Shown: piece by piece, positions 42,971-56,200 of the stretch | Numbering within the stretch: the first letter of the stretch is position 1 | Layout of the letters: each line of letters opens with the position of its first letter | Assembly (NCBI RefSeq): GCF_009914755.1 | Contig: NC_060940.1 | Source of the DNA: the human T2T-CHM13v2.0 reference genome, Homo sapiens | Strand: one strand, 5' to 3' | Length of the DNA: 64,000 nt | Program-made: the position numbers and the translations under genes | Notes under the pieces: model-generated | Databases searched by the model: none | The model's input: only the letters and a program-made list of their open reading frames with translations | Told to the model about the DNA's origin: nothing

Positions 42971-45900
42971 GCGACGGTGAGCAATTCGATTCAATTCCAT
43001 GATGATTCTATTTGATTCAATTAGATGATGTTTCCATTCGAATCCATTCCATGATTATTCCATTGGAATCCATTCGGCGATGATTCCATATGAGTCAATT
43101 CAATGATGATTCCATATGGGTCCGTTCGATGATAATTCCATTTGATTTCATTCGATGCTTCTATTCTATTCCAGTCGATGATGATTCCGTTGGAGTCCAT
43201 ACGATGATTCCATTTGATTTCATTTGATGATGATTCCATTCGATGATGATTACATTGGATTCCATTCTATGATTCCATTCAATTCCATTCGTTGATGATT
43301 CGATTCCATTCAATGATGATTCCATTTGAGTTCATTCGATGATTCTATTCGATTCCGTTCGATGGTGATTCAATTCTATTATATTGGATGATTCCACTCG
43401 ATTCCATTTGATGATTATTCCATTGGAGTCCACTTAGTGAATCCTTTAGATTCTACTCGACGATGATTCCATTCGAGTCCATTCGATGATACCATTCAAT
43501 TCCATTCGTTGATGCTTCCATTCAAGTGCATTCGATGATATCATTCGATTCCATTTGATGATAATTCCATTTGATTCCATGCGATGATTCTATTCGATTC
43601 CATTCAATGATAATTCCATTCAATTCAGTGATTCCTCTGGACTCCATTTGATGATGATTCCATTCAATGATTCCATTCGATTCTATTCGAAAATGATTCC
43701 ATTTGAATCCATTTGATGATGATTCCATTAGATTCCATTTGATGATTCCATTCGATTCCATTCGACGATGATTCCATTCGATTCCGTTTGATGATTCCAT
43801 TCTATTCTATTCGATGATGATTCCATTCGATTCCATTCGATGATGATTGGATTCGATTCCATTTGATGATTTCATTTGATTCCATTCGTTAATGATTTCG
43901 ATCAATTCCATTCGATGATTCCATTCGATTCCATTCGATAATGATTACATCCGAGTCCATTCGATGATTCCCTTTGAGCCTGTTCGATAATTCCATTTGA
44001 GTCCAACCAATGATTCCATTCATTTCCATTCAATGATTCCATTCGAGTCCATTTGATCATTCCGGTAGGGTCCATTCGATGTTGATTCCATTGGAGTGCA
44101 TTCGATGATTCCATTCGAGTCCATTTTAGGATTTGATTCGAGTCCTTTCGATGATTCCATTCGATTCCACTCGATGATGATTTCATTCGAGTCCATTCGA
44201 CACTTCCAATCGATTCCATTTGATGATTCCATTCGAGTCCAATTGATGATTCCATTCAATTCCATTCGATGATGATTCCGTACGATTCCATTCTGTGATG
44301 ATTCCATGTGATTGCATTCAATGATGATTCCTTTCGATTGCATTCGATTATGATTCATTTCGTGTTCATTCTATGGTTCCACAGGTTTCCATTCGTGTCC
44401 ATTCCATTATTCCATTCTATTCCATTTGATGATGATTCCATTCGATTCCATTCATTGGTGATTCCACTCAATTCCATTCAATGATTCCATTCCATTTCTT
44501 TCAACAATGATTCCATTAGTTTCTAATCGATGATCCACTTGATTCCATTTGACGACGATTCCATTCTTGTCCATTCGATGATTCCATTTGATTCCATATG
44601 ATGATGATTCCATTCGATTCCATACCATGATGATTCCATTCGAGTCCATTCAATGGTGATTCCATTCAATTCCATTCGATGATTCCTTTCGATTCCATTC
44701 GATGATGATGGCATTCGATTCCTTTCAATCATTCCCTTTGATTCCATTCCAAGGTGATTTCATTCAAGTCCATTCGATAATTGCATTCGATTCCATTCTA
44801 TGATGATTCCATTCGAGTCCATTTGATGATTCCATTCAATTCAAGTCAATGATGATTCCATTCGATTCCATTCGATGATTCCATTGGATTCCATTCGATG
44901 ATGATTCCATTCAAATCCATTCGATAATTCAATTCAAGTCCATTCGATGATGATTCCAATCGAATCCATTCAAAGATTCCATTCAGTTCCATTCGATGAT
45001 TCCCTTAGATTCCATTCGATGATTCCACTTGATTGCATTTACGATGATTCCATTCGATTCCATGTGATGATTCCATTCAATTCTATTCAATGATGTCTCC
45101 ATTTGATTCCATTCGACCATGATTGCCTTTGATTCCATTCAATGATTCCATTCGGTTCCGTTTGATGATGATTCCGTTCGATTCCATTTGATGATTCCAT
45201 TTGATTCCATTGGATGAGTCCATTCGATTACATTCGATGATTATTCCATTCGAGTGCATTAGATGATTCCATTCGAGTCCATTCGATGATTCCATTCGAT
45301 TCCATTCGATGTTGATTCTGTTCAAATCCATTCGATGATTCCACTCGATTCCATTCGTTGACTCCATTTGATCCCATTCGATGATTTCCTTTGATTCCCT
45401 TTGATGATCATTCCATTTGATTCAATTCGGTGATTTCATTTGATTCCATTCAGTGATGTTTCCACTCGACTCCATTCGATGATGATTCCATTCGACTCCA
45501 TTCGATTATGATTTCATTCAATTCCATTCGATAATGATTCCCTTCGAGTCCATTCGATGATTCCATTCGATTCCATTCAACGATGATTTGATTCGTGTCC
45601 ATTCGATGATTCCATTTGATTCCACTTGATGATGATTCCATTCGAGTCCATTTGATGATTCCATTCAATTCCATACTCCGATGATTTCTTTTGAGCCCAC
45701 TCAATGCTTCCACTCGATTCCATATGATGATGACTCCATTCGATGAAATTCGATGATGATTCCATTCGCTTGCTTTCGATGATGATTCCAGTTGAGTCCG
45801 TTAGAAGATTCTATTCAATTACATTCCATGACGATTCCGTTCGAGTCCATTTGATGATTCCATTAGACTCCATTCGACGATGATTCCATTCGATGTTATT

Positions 45901-48900
45901 CGATGATTCCATTCGATCTCATTCGATGATGATTCCATTCAACTCCATTCGATGTTTCCATTCGAGTTCATTCTATTATTCCATTAGATTCCATTCGATG
46001 ATGATTCCATTCGATTCCATTTGATGATTGCATTCTATTTCATTTGATGATGATTCCATTCGAGTCCACTCGATGATTCCATTCGAGTCCATTTAATGAA
46101 TCCATTGGTTTCAATTCTATGATGATTACATTGGATTCCATTCGTTGATGATTTCATTCGGTCCCATTCAATGATGATTCCATTCAATTCCTTTCAATGT
46201 TTCCATTCAATTCCATACGATGATGATTCCATTTGATTTGATTCGACAGTGAGCCATTCGATTCAATTCCATGATGATTCTATTTGATTCAATTGGTTGA
46301 CATTTCCATTCGATTCCATTCGATGATGATTCCCTTTGATTCCGTTCAAAGATGATTCCATTCTAGCCCATTCAATCATTCCATTCGATTCTATTCAATG
46401 ATGATTCCATTCATGTCGATTTGGTGATTCCATTTGACTTCATTTGATGATGATTCCTTTCAAGTTCATTAGATGATTCCATTCGATTCCATTTGATGAT
46501 GATCCCATTCGAGTCCATTCAGTGATTCCATTCGTTTCTATTCCATGATGATTCCATTCCTTTCCATTCAATGATTGCATTCGATTCCGTTTGATGATGA
46601 TTTCATTCGAGTCCATTTGATGATTCCATTTGATTCCATTCGATGATGATTCCATTCGAGTCCATTCGATGATTCTATTCGAATCCATTTGATGATTTCT
46701 TTTGATTATATTTGGTGATGATTCCATTGGAGTCCATTCAATGATTCCATTCTATTCCAATCGATGATGATTCCATTAGAGTCCATTTAATGATTCCATT
46801 TGATTCCAGTCTCTGATGATTACATTCGAGTCCATACGATGATTCCACTCAATTCCATATGATGATGATTCCATTTGATTCCATTCGGTGATTCCATTCT
46901 ATTCTATTCAATGGTGATTCCATTCGAGTACATTAGATGATTCCATTCGATTCCATTCAATGATGATTCTATTTGTGTCCCTTAGATGATTCCACATGAT
47001 TCCATTAGATGATGATACTATTTGAGCCCATCCAATGATTCCCTTCGATTCCATTCGATGAGGATTCCATTCGATTCATTTCATTGGTGATTCTATTCAA
47101 TTCAATTCTTTGATTCCATTCCATTCCATTCGACAATGATTCCATTCGATTTCTTTCGATGATTCCACTCGATTCCACTTGACATTGATTCCATTCGATT
47201 CCATTCAATGATTCCATTTGATTCCAGTGGATGATGATTGCCATCGATTCCATTCGATCACTCCATTCTATTCCATTTGATGATGATTACATTCGATTCC
47301 ATTTGATGATTCCATCTGATTCTATTCGAGGATTCCATTTGATTCCATTCGATGATGATTCCATTCGAGTCCATTCGATGATTTCATTCGAGTACATCCA
47401 ATGATTCCATTCGAGTCCATTAGATGATTCCATTTGATTCCATTTGAAAATGATTCTACTAGAGTCCATTCAATGACTCCATTCGAGTCCATTCAACAAT
47501 TCCATTCGACTCCATTCGATGATTCCATTCGATTCCATTTGATGGTTCCATTCGAGTCCATTTAATCATTACAGTCGAGTCCATTTGGTGATTCCACTGG
47601 ATTTCTTTTGATAATGATACCATTCAATTACATTTGATGATGATCCCATTCAATTTCATTTGATGATGATTCCATTAGAGTCCATTCGATGATTTCATTC
47701 GAGTCCCTTCATTGATTCCATCCGATTTCATTGGATGATGACTCCATTCGAGTCCATTCGATGATTCCACTCGATTCCATTAGATGACTCCATTGGAGTC
47801 CATTTGATTGTTCCATTCGATTCCATTCGATTCCTTTCGAAGATTATTCCATTTGAGTCCATTCGATGATGATTCCATTCCATTCCATTCGATGATTCCG
47901 TTTGATTCCATTCGATGATTCCCTTCGATTCCTTTCTTTGATGATTCCATTCCATTCCATTCAATGATTCCATTCGAATCTATTCCATGATGATTCCTTT
48001 CGATTCCATTCGCTGATGTTTCCGTTCAATTCCATTCGATGATGATTCCATTCGATTCCATTCATTGAGGATTCCATTTGATTCCATTCAATGATGATTC
48101 CATTCTATTCCATTCAATGATTGCATTCAATTCCATTCAATGATTATCCCATTAGAGTAAACTCAACGATTCCATTCAATACCATTCGATGATGATTCCT
48201 TTTGAGTCCATTCAATGATTTCATTCAAGTCCATTTGATGATTCCTTTCAATTCCATTCTATGATGATTCCATTCGAGTCCATTCGATGATTCCATTCGA
48301 TTGCATTCGATGATTCCATTATATTCCATTCAACGGTGATTCCATTCGAGTCCATTCCATGATTCCATTAGAGTACATTTAATGATTGCTTTGTTTTCAA
48401 TTCGAAGATGATTACATTGGATTCCATTCTATGATACCATTCGATTCCATTCAATGATGATTCCACTCAAATCCATTGGATGATTCCATTCGTGTCCATT
48501 CGGTGATTTCATTAGATTCCATTCGAGGATGATTCCATTCGATTCCATTCGATGATTCCATTCAATTCCATTCGATGATGATTCCATTCCAGTCCATATG
48601 ATCATTCCATTTGATTTCATTCGATGATGATTCCATTCGATTCCATTCGACGATTCCATTCTATTCCATTCGATGATGATTCCATTCGAGTCCATTCGAT
48701 GATTCCATTCGAGTCCATTTAATGATTCCATTGGGTTCAATTCAATGATGATTACATTGGATTCCGTTCTATGATTCCATTCAATTCCGTTCATTGACAA
48801 TTTGATTCCATTCGATGATGATTCCATTTGAGTTCATTCGATGATTCTATTCGATTCTCTTCGATGGTGATTCAATTCTATTATATTGGATGATTCCATT

Positions 48901-49082
48901 CGATTCCATTTGATGTTGATTCAATTCGATTCTATTCGATGATGATTCCATTGGATTTCACTTGATGATTCTATTCGATTCCATTCAATGATGATTCACT
49001 TCTCGTCCATTGGATGATTCCATTTCATTCCATTCGATGATGATTCCATTCGATTCCATTCGATGATTCCATTTGATTCCAT
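42971..49082 (+). repeat. HOR copy U8, canonical 6112 bp
   Basis: Landmark spacing 42971 to 49083. Confidence 0.93.
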
Positions 49083-52000
49083 GCGACGGTGAGCAATTCG
49101 ATTCAATTCCATGATGATTCTATTTGATTCAATTAGATGATGTTTCCATTCGAATCCATTCCATGATTATTCCATTGGAATCCATTCGGCGATGATTCCA
49201 TATGAGTCAATTCAATGATGATTCCATATGGGTCCGTTCGATGATAATTCCATTTGATTTCATTCGATGCTTCTATTCTATTCCAGTCGATGATGATTCC
49301 GTTGGAGTCCATACGATGATTCCATTTGATTTCATTTGATGATGATTCCATTCGATGATGATTACATTGGATTCCATTCTATGATTCCATTCAATTCCAT
49401 TCGTTGATGATTCGATTCCATTCAATGATGATTCCATTTGAGTTCATTCGATGATTCTATTCGATTCCGTTCGATGGTGATTCAATTCCATTATATTGGA
49501 TGATTCCACTCGATTCCATTTGATGATTATTCCATTGGAGTCCACTTAGTGAATCCTTTAGATTCTACTCGACGATGATTCCATTCGAGTCCATTCGATG
49601 ATACCATTCAATTCCATTCGTTGATGCTTCCATTCAAGTGCATTCGATGATATCATTCGATTCCATTTGATGATAATTCCATTTGATTCCATGCGATGAT
49701 TCTATTCGATTCCATTCAATGATAATTCCATTCAATTCAGTGATTCCTCTGGACTCCATTTGATGATGATTCCATTCAATGATTCCATTCGATTCTATTC
49801 GAAAATGATTCCATTTGAATCCATTTGATGATGATTCCATTAGATTCCATTTGATGATTCCATTCGATTCCATTCGACGATGATTCCATTCGATTCCGTT
49901 TGATGATTCCATTCTATTCTATTCGATGATGATTCCATTCGATTCCATTCGATGATGATTGGATTCGATTCCATTTGATGATTTCATTTGATTCCATTCG
50001 TTAATGATTTCGATCAATTCCATTCGATGATTCCATTCGATTCCATTCGATAATGATTACATCCGAGTCCATTCGATGATTCCCTTTGAGCCTGTTCGAT
50101 AATTCCATTTGAGTCCAACCAATGATTCCATTCATTTCCATTCAATGATTCCATTCGAGTCCATTTGATCATTCCGGTAGGGTCCATTCGATGTTGATTC
50201 CATTGGAGTGCATTCGATGATTCCATTCGAGTCCATTTAATGAATCCATTGGTTTCAATTCTATGATGATTACATTGGATTCCATTCGTTGATGATTTCA
50301 TTCAGTTCCATTCAATGATGATTCCATTCAATTCCTTTCAATGTTTCCATTCAATTCCATACGATGATGATTCCATTTGATTTGATTCGACAGTGAGCCA
50401 TTCGATTCAATTTCATGATGATTCTATTTATTCAATTGGTTGACATTTCCATTCGATTCCATTCGATGATGATTCCCTTTGATTCCATTCAAAGATGATT
50501 CCATTCTAGCCCATTCAATCATTCCATTCGATTCTATTCAATGATGATTCCATTCATGTCGATTTGGTGATTCCATTTGACTTCATTTGATGATGATTCC
50601 TTTCAAGTTCATTAGATGATTCCATTCGATTCCATTTGATGATGATCCCATTCGAGTCCATTCAGTGATTCCATTCGTTTCCATTCCATGATGATTCCAT
50701 TACTTTCCATTCAATGATTCCATTCGATTCCGTTTGATGATGATTTCATTCGAGTCCATTTGATGATTCCATTTGATTCCATTCGATGATGATTCCATTC
50801 GAGTCCATTCGATGATTCTATTCGAATCCATTTGATGATTTCTTTTGATTATATTTGGTGATGATTCCATTGGAGTCCATTCAATGATTCCATTCTATTC
50901 CAATCGATGATGATTCCATTAGAGTCCATTTAATGATTCCATTTGATTCCAGTCTCTGATGATTACATTCGAGTCCATACGATGATTCCACTCAATTCCA
51001 TATGATGATGATTCCATTCGATTCCATTCGGTGATTCCATTCTATTCTATTCAGTGGTGATTCCATTCGAGTACATTAGATGATTCCATTCGATTCCATT
51101 CAATGATGATTCTATTTGTGTCCCTTAGATGATTCCACATGATTCCATTAGATGATGATACTATTTGAGCCCATCCAATGATTCCCTTCGATTCCATTCG
51201 ATGAGGATTCCATTCGATTCAATTCATTGGTGATTCTATTCAATTCAATTCTTTGATTCCATTCCATTCCATTCGACAATGATTCCATTCGATTTCTTTC
51301 GATGATTCCACTCGATTCCACTTGACATTGATTCCCTTCGATTCCATTCAATGATTCCATTTGATTCCAGTGGATGATGATTGCCATCGATTCCATTCGA
51401 TCACTCCATTCTATTCCATTTGATGATGATTACATTCGATTCCATTTGACGATTCCATCTGATTCTATTCGAGGATTCCATTTGATTCCATTCGATGATG
51501 ATTCCATTCGAGTCCATTCGATGATTTCATTCGAGTACATCCAATGATTCCATTCGAGTCCATTTGATGATTCCATTTGATTCCATTTGATTATGATTCT
51601 ACTAGAGTCCATTCAATGACTCCATTCGAGTCCATTCAACAATTCCATTCGACTCCATTCGATGATTCCATTCGATTCCATTTGATGATTCCATTCGAGT
51701 CCATTTAATCATTACAGTCGAGTCCATTTGGTGATTCCGCTGGATTTCCTTTGATAATGATACCATTCGATTACATTTGATGATGATCCCATTCAATTTC
51801 ATTTGATGATGATTCCATTAGAGTCCATTCGATGATTTTATTCGAGTCCCTTCATTGATTCCATCCGATTTCATTGGATGATGACTCCATTCGAGTCCAT
51901 TCGATGATTCCACTCGATTCCATTAGATGATTCCATTGGAGTCCATTTGATTGTTCCATTCGATTCCATTCGATTCCTTTCGAAGATTATTCCATTTGAG

Positions 52001-53222
52001 TCCATTCGATGATGATTCCATTCCATTCCATTCGATGATTCCGTTTGATTCCATTCGATGATTCCCTTCGATTCCTTTCTTTGATGATTCCATTCCATTC
52101 CATTCAATGATTCCATTCGAATCTATTCCATGATGATTCCTTTCGATTCCATTCGCTGATGTTTCCGTTCAATTCCATTCGATGATGATTCCATTCGATT
52201 CCATTCATTGAGGATTCCATTTGATTCCATTCAATGATTCCATTCTATTCCATTCAATGATTGCATTCAATTCCATTCAATGATTATCCCATTAGAGTAA
52301 ACTCAACGATTCCATTCAATACCATTCGATGATGATTCCTTTTGAGTCCATTCAATGATTTCATTCAAGTCCATTTGATGATTCCTTTCAATTCCATTCT
52401 ATGATGATTCCATTCGAGTCCATTCGATGATTCCATTCGATTGCATTCGATGATTCCATTATATTCCATTCAACGATGATTCCATTCGAGTCCATTCGAT
52501 GATTCCATTAGAGTACATTTAATGATTGCTTTGTTTTCAATTCGAAGATGATTACATTCGATTCCATTCTATGATACCATTCGATTCCATTCAATGATGA
52601 CTCCACTCAAATCCATTGGATGATTCCATTCGTGTCCATTCGGTGATTTCATTAGATTCCATTCGAGGATGATTCCATTCGATTCCATTCGATGATTCCA
52701 TTCAATTCCATTCGATGATGATTCCATTCGAGTCCATATGATCATTCCATTTGATTTCATTCGATGATGATTCCATTCGATTCCATTCGACGATTCCATT
52801 CTATTCCATTCGATGATGATTCCATTCGAGTCCATTCGATGATTCCATTCGAGTCCATTTAATGATTCCATTGGGTTCAATTCAATGATGATTACATTGG
52901 ATTCCGTTCTATGATTCCATTCAATTCCGTTCATTGACAATTTGATTCCATTCGATGATGATTCCATTTGAGTTCATTCGATGATTCTATTCGATTCTCT
53001 TCGATGGTGATTCAATTCTATTATATTGGATGATTCCATTCGATTCCATTTGATGTTGATTCAATTCGATTCTATTCGATGATGATTCCATTGGATTTCA
53101 CTTGATGATTCTATTCGATTCCATTCAATGATGATTCACTTCTCGTCCATTGGATGATTCCATTTCATTCCATTCGATGATGATTCCATTCGATTCCATT
53201 CGATGATTCCATTTGATTCCAT
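49083..53222 (+). repeat. HOR copy U9, truncated 4140 bp (1968-bp, 3-bp and 1-bp deletions)
   Basis: Landmarks at 49083 and 53223. Fusion junction at 50214-50238, 1-bp loss at ~50430, ATG loss at ~52235. 6112-1968-1-3=4140. Confidence 0.9.
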
Positions 53223-56200
53223 GCGACGGTGAGCAATTCGATTCAATTCCATGATGATTCTATTTGATTCAATTAGATGATGTTTCCATTCGAATCCATT
53301 CCATGATTATTCCATTGGAATCCATTCGGCGATGATTCCATATGAGTCAATTCAATGATGATTCCATATGGGTCCGTTCGATGATAATTCCATTTGATTT
53401 CATTCGATGCTTCTATTCAATTCCAGTCGATGATGATTCCGTTGGAGTCCATACGATGATTCCATTTGATTTCATTTCATGATGATTCCATTCGATGACG
53501 ATTACATTGGATTCCATTCTATGATTCCATTCAATTCCATTCGTTGATGATACGATTCCATTCAATGATGATTCCATTTGAGTTCATTCGGTGATTCTAT
53601 TCGATTCCATTCTATGGTGATTCAATTCTCTTATATTGGATTATTCGACTCGATTCCATTTGATGATTATTCCATTGGAGTCCACTTAGTGAATCCTTTA
53701 GATTCTACTCGAAGATGATTCCATTCGAGTCCATTCGATGATACCATTCAATTCCATTCGTTGATGCTTCCATTCAAGTGCATTCGATGATATCATTCGA
53801 TTCCATTTGATGATAATTCCATTTGATTCCATGCGATGATTCTATTCGATTCCATTCAATGATAATTCCATTCAATTCAGTGATTCCTCTGGACTCCATT
53901 TGATGATGATTCCATTCAATGATTCCATTCGATTCTATTCGAAAATGATTACATTTGAATCCATTTGATGACGATTCCATTCCATTCCATTTGATGATTC
54001 CATACTATTCTATTCGATGATGATTCCATTCGATTCCATTCGATGATGATTGGATTCGATTCCATTTGATGATTTCATTTGATTCCATTCGTTAATGATT
54101 TCGATCAATTCCATTCGATGATTCCATTCGATTCCATTCGATAATGATTACATCCGAGTCCATTCGATGATTCCATTTGAGCCTGTTCCATAATTCCATT
54201 TGAGTCCAACCAATGATTACATTCATTTCCATTCAATGATTCCATTCGAGTCCATTTGATCATTCCGGTAGGGTCCATTCGATGTTGATTCCATTGGAGT
54301 GCATTCGATGATTCCATTCGAGTCCATTTTAGGATTTGATTCGAGTCCTTTCGATGATTCCATTCGATTCCACTCGATGATGATTTCATTCGAGTCCATT
54401 CGACACTTCCAATCGATTCCATTTGATGATTCCATTCGAGTCCTATTGATGATTCCATTCAATTCCATTCGATGATGATTCCGTACGATTCCATTCTGTG
54501 ATGATTCCATGTGATTGCATTCAATGATGATTCCTTTCGATTGCATTCGATTATGATTCATTTCGTCTTCATTCTATGGTTCCACAGGTTTCCATTCGTG
54601 TCCATTCCATTATTCCATTCTATTCCATTTGATGATGATTCCATTCGATTCCATTCATTGGTGATTCCACTCAATTCCATTCAATGATTCCATTCCATTT
54701 CTTTCAACAATGATTCCATTAGTTTCTAATCGATGATCCACTTGATTCCATTTGACGACGATTCCATTCTTGTCCATTCGATGATTCCATTTGATTCCAT
54801 ATGATGATGATTCCATTCGATTCCATACCATGATGATTCCATTCGAGTCCATTCAATGGTGATTCCATTCAATTCCATTCGATGATTCCTTTCGATTCCA
54901 TTCGATGATGATGGCATTCGATTCCTTTCAATCATTCCCTTTGATTCCATTCAAAGGTGATTTCATTCAAGTCCATTCGATAATTGCATTCGATTCCATT
55001 CTATGATGATTCCATTCGAGTCCATTTGATGATTCCATTCAATTCAAGTCAATGATGATTCCATTCGATTCCATTCGATGATTCCATTGGATTCCATTCG
55101 ATGATGATTCCATTCAAATCCATTCGATAATTCAATTCAAGTCCATTCGATGATGATTCCAATCGAATCCATTCAAAGATTCCATTCAGTTCCATTCGAT
55201 GATTCCCTTGGATTCCATTCGATGATTCCACTTGATTGCATTTACGATGATTCCATTCGATTCCATGTGATGATTCCATTCAATTCTATTCAATGATGTC
55301 TCCATTTGATTCCATTCGACCATGATTGCCTTTGATTCCATTCAATGATTCCATTCGGTTCCGTTTGATGATGATTCCGTTCGATTCCATTTGATGATTC
55401 CATTTGATTCCATTGGATGAGTCCATTCGATTACATTCGATGATTATTCCATTCGAGTGCATTAGATGATTCCATTCGAGTCCATTCGATGATTCCATTC
55501 GATTCCATTCGATGTTGATTCTGTTCAAATCCATTCGATGATTCCACTCGATTCCATTCGTTGACTCCATTTGATCCCATTCGATGATTTCCTTTGATTC
55601 CCTTTGATGATCATTCCATTTGATTCAATTCGGTGATTTCATTTGATTCCATTCAGTGATGTTTCCATTCGACTCCATTCGATGATGATTCCATTCGACT
55701 CCATTCGATTATGATTTCATTCAATTCCATTCGATAATGATTCCCTTCGAGTCCATTCGATGATTCCATTCGATTCCATTCAACGATGATTTGATTCGTG
55801 TCCATTCGATGATTCCATTTGATTCCACTTGATGATGATTCCATTCGAGTCCATTTGATGATTCCATTCAATTCCATACTCCGATGATTTCTTTTGAGCC
55901 CACTCAATGCTTCCACTCGATTCCATATGATGATGACTCCATTCGATGAAATTCGATGATGATTCCATTCGCTTGCTTTCGATGATGATTCCACTTGAGT
56001 CCGTTAGAAGATTCTATTCAATTACATTCCAGGACGATTCCGTTCGAGTCCGTTTGATGATTCCATTAGACTCCATTCGACGATGATTCCATTCGATGTT
56101 ATTCCATGATTCCATTCGATCTCATTCGATGATGATTCCATTCAACTCCATTCGATGTTTCCATTCGAGTTCATTCTATTATTCCATTAGATTCCATTCG

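Noticed and set aside
24635-49082. Four identical-length copies as a possible assembly duplication artefact
   Set aside because: Each copy carries its own private SNVs (e.g. 35575, 37842, 40608, 45465), so they are not exact duplicates. Read-level confirmation is still needed.
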